A DNA stretch of 64,000 nt from Gemmatimonadaceae bacterium. GTDB taxonomy: Bacteria > Gemmatimonadota > Gemmatimonadetes > Gemmatimonadales > Gemmatimonadaceae. The position numbers were made by a program, and so were the translations under genes. Under the pieces are notes generated by a model. It did not search any database. It saw only the letters and a program-made list of their open reading frames with translations, and was not told where the DNA came from. This document shows positions 9,492-18,782 of this stretch, one piece after another (the first letter of the stretch is position 1; each line of letters opens with the position of its first letter). Location: assembly GCA_040902005.1 (NCBI GenBank), contig JBBDYA010000085.1, positions 1-64,000 of the forward strand, given 5' to 3'.

Positions 9492-10250
9492 ATGCTCGAA
9501 ATCAGAAATCTGAAGGCCAACGTCGGCGAGAAGGAGATCCTCACGGGCATCTCTCTTTCCGTGGGCAGCGGTGAAGTCCATGCGATCATGGGACCGAACG
9601 GCTCCGGCAAGAGCACGCTCGCACAGGTGCTGGCCGGCAACCCCGCGTTCGAGGTGACCGGCGGATCGGTGGCATACGACGGACGCGACCTGCTGGAGAT
9701 GCAGCCGGAGGAGCGGGCGCAGGCGGGGATATTCCTTGCGTTCCAGTACCCCATCGAGATTCCCGGCGTGAGCAACGCCTACTTCCTGCGCTCCGCGTAC
9801 AACGAGATCCGGAAGGCGCGTGGCGAGGAGGAGGTGGATCCGATGGAGTTCGTCGGGATCGTGGAGGAGAAGCTCAGGCTTGTGGATATGAGCCCCGACA
9901 TGCTCCAGCGGTCGGTCAACACGGGATTCTCGGGCGGCGAGAAGAAGCGCAATGAGATCCTCCAGCTCGCGGTCCTCGAACCCCGGCTTGCGATCCTAGA
10001 CGAAACCGACTCGGGTCTGGACATCGACGCGCTGCGGACCGTCTCGGACGGCGTGAACAAGCTGCGCGATGGGAACCGCTCGTTCATCGTCGTGACGCAC
10101 TACCAGCGTTTGCTCAACTACATCGTGCCCGATCACGTGCACGTGCTGGCCAACGGCCGCATCGTGAAGTCCGGCGGCAAGGAGCTGGCGCTCGAGCTTG
10201 AGGAGAAGGGCTACGATTGGCTCGTGGAGGAGCCCGCGAGCACGCGATGA
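9492..10250 (+). CDS. sufC: Fe-S cluster assembly ATPase SufC
   Basis: GPNGSGKST, FQYPIEIPGV, GFSGGEKKRNEILQ, LDETDSGLDIDAL. Confidence 0.97.
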   Translation: MLEIRNLKANVGEKEILTGISLSVGSGEVHAIMGPNGSGKSTLAQVLAGNPAFEVTGGSVAYDGRDLLEMQPEERAQAGIFLAFQYPIEIPGVSNAYFLRSAYNEIRKARGEEEVDPMEFVGIVEEKLRLVDMSPDMLQRSVNTGFSGGEKKRNEILQLAVLEPRLAILDETDSGLDIDALRTVSDGVNKLRDGNRSFIVVTHYQRLLNYIVPDHVHVLANGRIVKSGGKELALELEEKGYDWLVEEPASTR

Positions 10251-11575
10251 CCCAACGGTATCTCGATCAGTTCGACGAATTCAGCGCCGGCGCGGCGAAG
10301 GCCGCTCCCGTGTGGGTGAACGAGCGCCGGCGCGCCGCCATCGAGCGTTTCGGGACGCTGAAGTTTCCGACGACCAGGAACGAGGACTGGCATTTCACCA
10401 GCGTGGCGCCGATCGCGGAGCGTGAGTTCACATTCGTGGCCGCGCGCACCGGGGACGTCCAGAGCGGCAGCCTCGAGGGCCTCGGGTTCGGCGGCGATGA
10501 CCGCTGGCACTCGGTGGTCTTCGTGAACGGTCGCCACGCAGCCGAGCTGTCGGACGTATCGGGACTGGATCCGCGTGTGCGAGTGCTCTCGCTCGCCGAC
10601 GCGTGGACGACCGCGCCCGAGCTTGCGAAGCGCGTCGGCACCATCGTGAGCGACGAGGGCGCGGCCTTCAGCGCGCTGAATACCGCCTTCATGCCGGACG
10701 GCGTCGTGATCCACGTGCCGCAGGACGTCGAGCTCGCGCTGCCGATCCACGTGCTGTTCGTGACCGACGCGCACGCTGCCAAGACGGTGATGTACCCCCG
10801 CAACCTGATCGTGATCGACCGCCATGCGAAGGCGACCGTGATCGAGAGCTACGTGTCGCTGGGCGACGCGGCCTACTTCACCAACGCGGTCACCGAGACG
10901 AGTATCGCGGAGGGGGCCTCCCTCGAGCACGTCAAGGTACAGCGCGAGGGGCGGCGCGCCTTCCACGTCGGGACCACCGAAGCCGTGCAGGGGCGGGACA
11001 GCCACTTCACCTCCTTCTCCTTCGCGACCGGGGCGTCGCTTGCGCGCACCAACATCTACACGAAGCTCGACGGCGAGGGGGGCGGCGCCACGCTGAACGG
11101 ACTGTACATGCTGGATGGCGAGCAGCACTGCGACCATCAGACGCGCATCGAGCACGTGGCCCCCAACTGCTTCAGCCGCGAGCTGTACAAGGGCGTGCTG
11201 GACGGCCGGTCGCACGGGGTGTTCAACGGCAAGGTGTACGTCCACCCGGAGGCGCAGAAGACCGACGGCAAGCAGACCAACAACACCCTGCTGCTCTCAC
11301 CGGATGCGCAGATCGACACCAAGCCACAGCTGGAGATCTTCGCGGACGACGTGAAGTGCACGCACGGCGCGACCGTCGGCCGGATCGACGAGGTGGCGCT
11401 GTTCTACATGAAGAGCCGCGGCGTGAATGCCGAGGCCGCGCGACGCCTGCTCATCTACGCCTTCGCCGCCGACGTCATCGAGACGATCGAGCGGCCCGAA
11501 GTGCGCGAGGCGCTGGAGCGCTCGACGCTGGAGCGCTTCGTCGTGATCGAGACTGAGAAGATGGTCGCCGTCTAG
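10247..11575 (+). CDS. sufD: Fe-S cluster assembly protein SufD
   Basis: PTTRNEDWHFT, VFNGKVYV, AQKTDGKQ, KPQLEIFADDVKCTHGATVG; ATGA overlap with sufC. Confidence 0.95.
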   Translation: MTQRYLDQFDEFSAGAAKAAPVWVNERRRAAIERFGTLKFPTTRNEDWHFTSVAPIAEREFTFVAARTGDVQSGSLEGLGFGGDDRWHSVVFVNGRHAAELSDVSGLDPRVRVLSLADAWTTAPELAKRVGTIVSDEGAAFSALNTAFMPDGVVIHVPQDVELALPIHVLFVTDAHAAKTVMYPRNLIVIDRHAKATVIESYVSLGDAAYFTNAVTETSIAEGASLEHVKVQREGRRAFHVGTTEAVQGRDSHFTSFSFATGASLARTNIYTKLDGEGGGATLNGLYMLDGEQHCDHQTRIEHVAPNCFSRELYKGVLDGRSHGVFNGKVYVHPEAQKTDGKQTNNTLLLSPDAQIDTKPQLEIFADDVKCTHGATVGRIDEVALFYMKSRGVNAEAARRLLIYAFAADVIETIERPEVREALERSTLERFVVIETEKMVAV

Positions 11576-12055
11576 GTGACGAATCTCGACGCGCTCTATC
11601 AGGAGGTCATCCTCGACCACAACCGGAAGCCCCGCAACTTCCGGGAGATCGAGAATGCTGATCGGCGCGTGGAGGGTCGCAACCCGCTCTGCGGCGACGA
11701 GATCACCCTCTGGGTGAAGCTCGACGCCGACCGCGTGAGCGACATCAGCTTCAAGGGCACTGGGTGCGCCGTCTCCAAATCGTCGGCGTCCCTCATGACG
11801 GCCGCCGTCAAGGGAAAGACCATCGCTGACACGATGCAGCTCTTCGAGCGCGTGCACGAAATGCTCACCGGCAAGCTGACCGAGGCCGAGCGCGGCACGA
11901 TGGGATCGCTCGCGGCGCTCGGTGGCGTCTCCCGCTTTCCGGTGCGCGTGAAGTGCGCGTCGCTGTCGTGGCACGCGCTGAAATCCGCGCTCGAGCAGGG
12001 CCCCGGCGAGATCACGACGGACTTCGAAGGGCCGCCCCAGACCGCCGGCGCATGA
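11576..12055 (+). CDS. sufU: SUF-system sulfur-transfer protein SufU (NifU family)
   Basis: LYQEVILDH, RNPLCGDE, GCAVSKSSAS, RVKCA; GTG directly after the sufD stop. Confidence 0.93.
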   Translation: MTNLDALYQEVILDHNRKPRNFREIENADRRVEGRNPLCGDEITLWVKLDADRVSDISFKGTGCAVSKSSASLMTAAVKGKTIADTMQLFERVHEMLTGKLTEAERGTMGSLAALGGVSRFPVRVKCASLSWHALKSALEQGPGEITTDFEGPPQTAGA

Positions 12056-13266
12056 CCTGGCGCGCTGACTTCCCACTCCTCGCGGCGAATCCACGGTTGC
12101 ACTACCTGGACTCCGCCGCCACCTCGCAGAAGCCGCGCGCGGTGCTCGACGCCATCACCGCGTATTACGAGCACGACAACGCCAATCCGCACCGCGGTGC
12201 GTACGCTCTCTCCGCGCGTGCAACACAGCGCTACCTCGACGCGCGCGTGCGCATCGCGGCGTTCGTCGGCGCGGCCGACGCGGACACGCTCATCTTCACC
12301 CGGGGAACCACGGAGGCGCTGAACCTGGTCGCGTCCTCGTGGGGCCGGGCCAACGTGACTCGCGGCGACGAGATCCTGATCACCGGGATGGAGCACCACG
12401 CCAACTTTGTCCCCTGGCAGCAGCTCGCCCTGGGCGCCGGCGCCACGCTCCGCATCTGCGACCTCACCGCCGACGGTCGCCTCGATCTCGATCGGTTTCG
12501 ATCGCTGCTGTCACCCAGGACGAAGGTCGTGGCGTTCAACCACATCTCGAACGCGCTCGGCACCATGAACCCCGTGCGCGAGCTGACGGCGCTGGTGCGC
12601 GAACACGCGCCGGCGGCGATCGTGGTGTGTGACGGCGCGCAGAGCGTTCCGCACCTGCGTGTGAACGTGGACGCGCTGGACGTGGACTTCTTCGCCTTCA
12701 GCGGCCACAAGATGTGCGGCCCGATGGGCATCGGCGGCCTGGTGGGCCGGCGCGCCCTGCTCGAGGCGATGCCGCCGTACCAGATGGGCGGGGACATGAT
12801 CGAGTTCGTGGGCGACGATCGCACCACCTGGAACGTGCTGCCGCACAAGTTCGAGGCGGGCACGCCCAACGTGGCCGACGCCGTGGGGCTGGCCGCTGCC
12901 TGCGATTATCTCGACGCCATCGGGATGGACGCGGTGCGGTCGCACGAAGTGGCGCTCCTGCGTCCCCTGATGGAAAAGCTGTCCGCCGTGGACGGCGTGA
13001 CGATCTACGGGCCGGCGGATGTGGCGCAACGCAGCGGCGTCGTGAGCTTCACCGTGGCCGACCTCCATCCGCACGACCTCTCCACCGTGCTCGACCAGGA
13101 CGGCGTGTGCATCCGTGCGGGCCACCACTGCGCGCAACCCCTCATGCGACGACTCAACGTGCCGGCCACCGCGCGCGCGAGCGTCTACGTCTACAACGAC
13201 CTGGCCGACGTCGAGGCGCTCGTCGCCGGCGTGCTCAAGGCCAAGGAGATGTTCGCGGTCCGCTAG
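12052..13266 (+). CDS. sufS: Cysteine desulfurase SufS
   Basis: YLDSAATSQKP, EHHANFVPWQ, FSGHKM (PLP Lys), RAGHHCAQPL (type II Cys loop); ATGA overlap. Confidence 0.95.
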   Translation: MTWRADFPLLAANPRLHYLDSAATSQKPRAVLDAITAYYEHDNANPHRGAYALSARATQRYLDARVRIAAFVGAADADTLIFTRGTTEALNLVASSWGRANVTRGDEILITGMEHHANFVPWQQLALGAGATLRICDLTADGRLDLDRFRSLLSPRTKVVAFNHISNALGTMNPVRELTALVREHAPAAIVVCDGAQSVPHLRVNVDALDVDFFAFSGHKMCGPMGIGGLVGRRALLEAMPPYQMGGDMIEFVGDDRTTWNVLPHKFEAGTPNVADAVGLAAACDYLDAIGMDAVRSHEVALLRPLMEKLSAVDGVTIYGPADVAQRSGVVSFTVADLHPHDLSTVLDQDGVCIRAGHHCAQPLMRRLNVPATARASVYVYNDLADVEALVAGVLKAKEMFAVR

Positions 13267-14540
13267 CGCACGCCCGCAAGCGTCGCGACGATCAGCGCGG
13301 CCCACTGCGGGCCAAGCCAGCCCGTCGGACCATCCTCGTACCATTCGCCGAGCGAGTGGGATCCCTGCCCGCGCCCACCGCCGTCGATGGAAATGGCCGG
13401 CACACCCAGCGAGATCGGCAGGTTCGCGTCCGTGCTGGACGCGCCGGTGGCCGCCGTGAAGCCCAGCGCGCGCGCCGCCAGCACCGCGACCTGCACGAGT
13501 CGTGCGGTGTCGCTCTGCGCGCCGGTCGGCCGGATGCCGATGGTGTCGATCACCATGGAGATGCGCGCGCGGTCCGCGCGGGGGCCGTCCCAGCGCGCGT
13601 TTTCCTCCTCCACCGCCGCCTGCAGCGCGCGCCGCACCGTCTGGTCCAGCGAGCGCAGTGCCTCGGCGCTCTCGGACCGCATGTCGATATCCATGGACGC
13701 CTCGAACGCGATGGAGTTGACCGACGTGCCCCCATCGATGACCCCCACGTTGAAAGTCGTCTTCGGAGCGGCCGGCACCTGCACGTCGGAGACTTTCGCG
13801 ATCGCGCGGCCCAGCGCGTGGATCGGATTCGGAATGCCGAAGGCGCCAAAGCTGTGCCCGCCCGGACCCTTGTAGGTCACGCGATACCGGTTGCTGCCCA
13901 CAGCACGCGAGGTCACGTTGAGACCGGCGCCATCCACCGCGATGAAGTAGTCGATTTCGCCCCTGAGCTCCTGCTCGAACAGATGCCGCACGCCCCGCAG
14001 GTTGCCCGGCCCTTCCTCGCCCACGTTGCCCACGAAGATGATGCGCGCGTCGTGCGGCGGATTCGCCTCCTGAAACGCGCGCGCCACGGCCAGCACGACC
14101 GCGAGCCCCCGGCAGTTGTCGGAGATCCCGGGTGCCGTCATGCGGCCATTGGATTCACGAACGCGCACGTCCGTGCCGTCCGGGAAGACGGTATCGAGAT
14201 GGCCGGCGAGCACGATGGTTTCCCCGCGTCCGGTGCCCGGCCGCTCCCCCAGCACGTTCCCCACGGCATCGACACGCACGTTCTTCAGTCCCAGCGCCTC
14301 GAATCGCCGGCGATACTCCTCGCCGCGGGCGGTTTCCCTGAAGGGCGGCGCGGGAATCTCGCAGATCGACTTCTGCTGGGCGAGCGTCCAGGCATTCTGC
14401 AGCCGGAGCGTGGCCAGCATCGGCTCCGCGGCGCTCTGGGCGCGCAGGGATGACGGCGACAGCACCACCACAAGGGCAGCAGCGAACAGCGAGCGAACGA
14501 CCCGTCTCAAATGGCTCATGGATTTCGTGTGAGGCGTCAA
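13263..14540 (-). CDS. M20/M25/M40 family metallo-hydrolase with signal peptide (alternative start 14519)
   Basis: LAGHLDTVF, GISDNCRG, VGEEG, GPGGHS, HSLGEW. Confidence 0.85.
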   Translation of the reverse strand: MTPHTKSMSHLRRVVRSLFAAALVVVLSPSSLRAQSAAEPMLATLRLQNAWTLAQQKSICEIPAPPFRETARGEEYRRRFEALGLKNVRVDAVGNVLGERPGTGRGETIVLAGHLDTVFPDGTDVRVRESNGRMTAPGISDNCRGLAVVLAVARAFQEANPPHDARIIFVGNVGEEGPGNLRGVRHLFEQELRGEIDYFIAVDGAGLNVTSRAVGSNRYRVTYKGPGGHSFGAFGIPNPIHALGRAIAKVSDVQVPAAPKTTFNVGVIDGGTSVNSIAFEASMDIDMRSESAEALRSLDQTVRRALQAAVEEENARWDGPRADRARISMVIDTIGIRPTGAQSDTARLVQVAVLAARALGFTAATGASSTDANLPISLGVPAISIDGGGRGQGSHSLGEWYEDGPTGWLGPQWAALIVATLAGVR

Positions 14541-15610
14541 CAGAGATGAACGGCGGTGGCCTTGAACGCGGCGAAAACCTCTACCCCCGGCGCGAGCTGG
14601 AGTTCTTGCGCGGACCGGGTGGTGACGGCCGCGACCAGGGGCACGCCGCTTACATCTACCGTCACTCGCGTGATCGCGCCAGCGGGCGACAGTTCGATCA
14701 CCCGCCCCCGGAATTGGTTGCGCACGGACGAGGACGACGTGGTGCGCGACAACGAGATGTCGTCCGCGCGAATGACCGCGTGCGCGGTGCCCGGGATCAC
14801 GTGTCCGAGCGCGTACAGCGTGACGGCGCCGGTGGTGAACGCCACCGCGTGCTCGACCACCTCGGCGTCCGGGCTGGGCGTCCAGTCCGGCGCCGCATCG
14901 CGGATCGGCTGCGCGCGCCCCGCGAACACGTTCTCGGCGCCAAGGAAGTCGGCGACCAGCGGCGACGCGGGGTGGCGGAAGATGTCCTCCGGCCTCCCGG
15001 CCTGGAGCACGCGTCCGCGATCCAGCACGACGCCGATGTCGCCGAGCAGCCCGGCCTCGTGAAAGTCGTGTGTCACCTGGAGCACGGTAAAGCGCCGCTC
15101 GAAATAGATCGTGCGCAGCTCGCGCCGGATCGCCACGCGCCGGCGGGGATCGAGCGCGGCGAAGGGTTCGTCCAGCAGCAGCACTTCGGGTCGACGCGCC
15201 AGCGCGCGCGCGAGCGCCACGAGCTGCCGCTCCCCGCCGCTGAGCACGCGCACGTTCCTGCCGGCGACCTCGCCGAGCCCGAAACGCTCCAGCATCTCGA
15301 CGGTGATGGCAGCACCCGCCGCCCCGTACCCCACGTTCTCCCGAACGCTCAGGTGCGGAAAGAGGTAGGCGTGCTGATACACGATCGACAGCCGGCGAAG
15401 TTCGGGCGCGGCGCGGGTGAGCACCGTTCCGCCGAGCGTGAGTGTGCCGCGCGTGATGGGCACGAGTCCCGCGATCGCCTCGACCAGCGTCGTCTTGCCG
15501 GCGCCGGTCGGCCCGATCACGATGCCATACGCGCCTTGCGGCACGGTGAAGGTCACGTCCTCGACGGCGAAGTCGCCGACGGCCGCCGAAACGCCGTCGA
15601 GGGCGATCAT
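14537..15610 (-). CDS. Molybdate/tungstate ABC transporter ATPase with C-terminal TOBE domain (WtpC/ModC-like)
   Basis: Start MIALDG at 15610; GPTGAGKT, LSGGERQ, LLLDEPF, SSVRNQF..FKATAVH (TOBE). Confidence 0.88.
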   Translation of the reverse strand: MIALDGVSAAVGDFAVEDVTFTVPQGAYGIVIGPTGAGKTTLVEAIAGLVPITRGTLTLGGTVLTRAAPELRRLSIVYQHAYLFPHLSVRENVGYGAAGAAITVEMLERFGLGEVAGRNVRVLSGGERQLVALARALARRPEVLLLDEPFAALDPRRRVAIRRELRTIYFERRFTVLQVTHDFHEAGLLGDIGVVLDRGRVLQAGRPEDIFRHPASPLVADFLGAENVFAGRAQPIRDAAPDWTPSPDAEVVEHAVAFTTGAVTLYALGHVIPGTAHAVIRADDISLSRTTSSSSVRNQFRGRVIELSPAGAITRVTVDVSGVPLVAAVTTRSAQELQLAPGVEVFAAFKATAVHLC

Positions 15611-16449
15611 CGGCGCCTCGCGGGCAGCAGGTCGTCGCCGCGCAGTGCGCGAAGCGCTGCCAGCGGGATCAGCGCCAGCAGCACGAGCACCGCGGCCACC
15701 GGCAACGCCTCGCGCAATCCGAACGCGGTGAACCGCTCGTAGCTCAACACGCTCGCCACGCGCGGGTGATAGACCAGGATGATGATGGCGCCGAACTCGC
15801 TGACGGCGCGCGCCCACATGACGATTGCGGCCGCCAGCAACCCGCGCCACGCGAGCGGCAGCGTCACTCGCCGCATCGCGCGCCAGCGCGTGTCGCCCAG
15901 GGTGCGGGCCACCCCTTCGAACCGCGGATCGACGCGATCGAAGGCCTCGCGCGCGGCGCTGACGTACAGGGGCGCCGAGACGAACAGCATCGCGGCGACG
16001 ATCCCCGTCACCGACCCTGTGATCTGAAGGCCCACGCCCCACAGCGCCGACCCCAGCGGCGTGTTGCGGGCCAGCACGAGCAGCAGCGCAATGCCCGCCA
16101 CGGGATGCGGAATCAGCAGTGGCAGGTCGATGATCGCGGCGACGATGGCGCGTCCGCGAAAACGGCCGCGCGCCAGCGCGTAGGCCACGGGCGTCGCGCC
16201 GATGACACCCAGCACCGTCGCGAGGGTGGCAGTCCCGGCGGTCAGCAGCAGCGACGCTCGCAGCTCCGCATCCGATGCCAGCAGCCGGACCCCCGCAGCG
16301 CCCCCGCTCCCCACGAGTCCCAGGAGCGGAGCGATGAGGAACAGCAGGAACAACGACGCCGCGAGCGCGACCAGCACGCTGAGGACGCTCTCGGCCCGCA
16401 CTCCCGCCGTCGCGCGTGGCGCAGGGGGTGGGGGGGGGGGCGGGATCAC
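15607..16449 (-). CDS. Molybdate/tungstate ABC transporter permease (WtpB/ModB-like)
   Basis: IIDLPLLIPHPVAGIALL, EAA-loop-like ARTLG, WARAVSEFGA; probable GTG at 16449. Confidence 0.88.
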   Translation of the reverse strand: MIPPPPPPPAPRATAGVRAESVLSVLVALAASLFLLFLIAPLLGLVGSGGAAGVRLLASDAELRASLLLTAGTATLATVLGVIGATPVAYALARGRFRGRAIVAAIIDLPLLIPHPVAGIALLLVLARNTPLGSALWGVGLQITGSVTGIVAAMLFVSAPLYVSAAREAFDRVDPRFEGVARTLGDTRWRAMRRVTLPLAWRGLLAAAIVMWARAVSEFGAIIILVYHPRVASVLSYERFTAFGLREALPVAAVLVLLALIPLAALRALRGDDLLPARRR

Positions 16450-16450
16450 G

Positions 16451-17317
16451 TCACCGATCGGCCGGTGCGACGGCGACGGTGCGGACAAGGTCGGTAATCC
16501 CGGAGGGTACGTTGTTCCCGATGGCGACGGGCACGCGCAGCACGCTCAGGTGCGCGTCGCGGAGCAACTGCTTGCCCGCGTCCGACAGCACGAGCGTGGC
16601 AAAGGACAGCGCGGCGTCCGGGTTCGGGGCCCACCGGGGGATCGACATCCCGTAGATCGCCGACACGCTCAGGTCGGCCGGCAGGGTCAGCGTCCTGAAT
16701 CCATACTGGCGGGCCACCGCCTCGTACTCGAGGATGTAGTCCACTTCACCCGCCTCCAGCAGCGCGGCCAGTTCCGTGGCGTTGGGTCGCACATGCCGAT
16801 TGCCGGCATTGGCCATGAGCCGCTCCGTCAGGCCCGACTCACGATAGTAGGGTTCCGCCCGCTGGAGCACGGTGAGCGCATGACGCCCCACGGGCGCGGT
16901 CAGCGAGTCCGCGCGCCCGATCGTCACGTCGGGACGGGTGACGACCCGCCACCAGTTGTCGGCGGTGATCTCCCCCGCGTGGCGGGAACCCGGTTGATAC
17001 GCGATGACGACGCGTGACGTGGCGAAGCGCACATACCAGTCGATGTGCGACGGCAGCAGGGAGGCGAACACTTCGTCGTCGGCCAGCACGAGCACGTCGG
17101 GCACGCGCGAGAGATCCGTGAGCTTGCGCGCGTGCTCCAGCGACCCGCCCAGCTCGTGCTGCACCACGATGCCGTCACGCTCATGGAGCGTGTCCGAGAT
17201 CGCCGAGAGCGGTCGCGCCAGCGACGCGGCCGCGAACACCGTGATGGGCTCGCGCTCGCCGGGTTGATCGCCGCACGCCATAACGCACGGCACGAGGCAC
17301 AGGAGGAGGGTTCGCAC
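16451..17317 (-). CDS. Molybdate/tungstate-binding lipoprotein (WtpA/ModA-like)
   Basis: Lipobox VMAC, TVFAAASL, GGS, RPNATELAALLEAGEVDY; GTG 9 nt after TATAAT. Confidence 0.85.
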   Translation of the reverse strand: MRTLLLCLVPCVMACGDQPGEREPITVFAAASLARPLSAISDTLHERDGIVVQHELGGSLEHARKLTDLSRVPDVLVLADDEVFASLLPSHIDWYVRFATSRVVIAYQPGSRHAGEITADNWWRVVTRPDVTIGRADSLTAPVGRHALTVLQRAEPYYRESGLTERLMANAGNRHVRPNATELAALLEAGEVDYILEYEAVARQYGFRTLTLPADLSVSAIYGMSIPRWAPNPDAALSFATLVLSDAGKQLLRDAHLSVLRVPVAIGNNVPSGITDLVRTVAVAPADR

Positions 17318-17358
17318 AGGACGTGAATTATACGCCAACATGTCCGAACCCGGGTGCG

Positions 17359-17802
17359 TCAGTCGGCGCGGGGTACCTCGCGCGGACGCACGGCCGCGAT
17401 GTCAGATCGAAGCTCGTTGGCGCCGGCGCCATTGCCCGCGACCGGCGTGCCACGCTGCGGCGCTCCGATCACGGTTTTGATCTCGTCGACCCATTGGTCC
17501 ACCCGGCCCTGGATGGCGCCGTTCACGGCAGCCATCAGGTTCCCCATGACGTCATCCAGTGCGGTGCCGAGCTTCGCGCTCGCGCCCCTGGTGGCGGTCG
17601 CGGTCGCGGCCGCCGCCTTCACGTCCGCGCGGGAGCCGGACAGGAGGACGCCGGCGCCGACCGCGAGCGCCAGCGCGGGCCACGGGTGCTCGACGATCAT
17701 CTGCTTGACGTTCAGCTTCTGCTCCAACTCCTCGATCGTGCTGGACATCCGCTCGCGCGTCAATTCGATGTCGCGCCGGACGTCAGCTGTTGTTTCAGCC
17801 AT
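17359..17802 (-). CDS. DUF3618-like protein
   Basis: MAETTADVRRDIELTRERMSSTIEELEQKLN followed by HPWPALALAVGAG. Confidence 0.75.
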   Translation of the reverse strand: MAETTADVRRDIELTRERMSSTIEELEQKLNVKQMIVEHPWPALALAVGAGVLLSGSRADVKAAAATATATRGASAKLGTALDDVMGNLMAAVNGAIQGRVDQWVDEIKTVIGAPQRGTPVAGNGAGANELRSDIAAVRPREVPRAD

Positions 17803-18182
17803 TCCGTGTCCTCCCTGAGCGTCTTGACCGTCTGGTCGGGCGCAAGTTGTGTCGGCGAGAGTCGCGCAAACCCCTTCCGGGCGAGCCACGCCGCGATGGC
17901 GCCCGTGATCACCATGACCACGAGCGCCGCGAGCCAGTACTGATCGCTCGGCAACCACTGGTCGCCGACGAGCAGGATGAGTCCGGATGCGAGCGCGAGC
18001 ACGCCGAGCAACAGCAGCACGCCTCCCAGCGCCACCCGCGCGGTGCCCTGCCCCACGCTGCTCGCGACTTCCGTGAATTCCATCCGCGCGAGCCTGGTTT
18101 CGCCACGAAGGAGATCGGCGCTCCCGTGCGCCAGATCCCGCAACAGGACGCCAAGCCCGCGCGATCGTCCGAACTCTTTCAT
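17760..18182 (-). CDS. Phage-holin-family/YqjE-like two-TM membrane protein
   Basis: LRGETRLARMEF, two TM helices, PDQTVKTLREDTEWLK C-terminus. Confidence 0.8.
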   Translation of the reverse strand: MKEFGRSRGLGVLLRDLAHGSADLLRGETRLARMEFTEVASSVGQGTARVALGGVLLLLGVLALASGLILLVGDQWLPSDQYWLAALVVMVITGAIAAWLARKGFARLSPTQLAPDQTVKTLREDTEWLKQQLTSGATSN

Positions 18183-18186
18183 CTGA

Positions 18187-18732
18187 TCAGTGATTGCTGC
18201 GAAGGGCGCGTCCGATGAGATACCCCACGCCCGCGGCGATGAGGAGGGTGCGGCCTGGATGCTCCCGCACCTGCTGCTCCACGCTCGTCTTGAGACTGTC
18301 GAGATCGGCTTCACGCAGCCAGTCCGCGGAGGCCTGCATGCCGCCCGCGACGCGCTCCGTCACCTGCGACTGACGACCGTCCATCGACACGGCGGCCGCG
18401 CCGTCGCCCGGAACCCCCGCGAGCGCAGGGATGTCCGCGTGACCACGCTCCCGCAGGCGATCCGCGCCGGACTCGAGTGCATCGGCCAGCTTCACTTTCG
18501 CGGTGCCGGCGCGATCGCGGATCGTGCTGCCGACTCCGGAGAGCCGGTCACCGGCCGTTTCGATCGCGTGCTTCGCGCGGTCTCGGACGCTTGCTGATGG
18601 CTCGCTCGATCCCGTTGACGCGCTGAAATCGACGTTAGCGTCGGTCGGCGGCGAACCGCTGGCGGTGAATTCGGTGCCGTCGTTCCGGGCGGCGCTCGTG
18701 CCGAGATCGTTCGTTGCGTCGTTCCGCTCCAT
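18187..18732 (-). CDS. DUF883/ElaB-YqjD-like C-terminally anchored protein
   Basis: Ends VEQQVREHPGRTLLIAAGVGYLIGRALR. Confidence 0.75.
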   Translation of the reverse strand: MERNDATNDLGTSAARNDGTEFTASGSPPTDANVDFSASTGSSEPSASVRDRAKHAIETAGDRLSGVGSTIRDRAGTAKVKLADALESGADRLRERGHADIPALAGVPGDGAAAVSMDGRQSQVTERVAGGMQASADWLREADLDSLKTSVEQQVREHPGRTLLIAAGVGYLIGRALRSNH

Positions 18733-18765
18733 GATTCCCCCGAGGATGAGTCACCGGGAGTTCAT

Positions 18766-18780
18766 GCAGATTTTGCGCCG
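18766..18780 (-). promoter_or_regulatory. Putative sigma-54 -24/-12 promoter
   Basis: CGGCGCAAAATCTGC (GG-N10-GC) about 34 nt upstream of ATG 18732. Confidence 0.5.
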
Positions 18781-18782
18781 GA

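Noticed and set aside
12714..14453. Long alternative-frame and antisense ORFs (e.g. 579, 518, 592, 566 and 547 aa)
   Set aside because: Arg/Gly/Ala-rich, motif-free and fully overlapping well-supported genes; expected from stop-codon scarcity at this GC content.
17760..18182. Holin-like gene as evidence of a prophage
   Set aside because: It sits in the common chromosomal DUF883/YqjE/DUF3618 arrangement, with no integrase, capsid, terminase or endolysin nearby.
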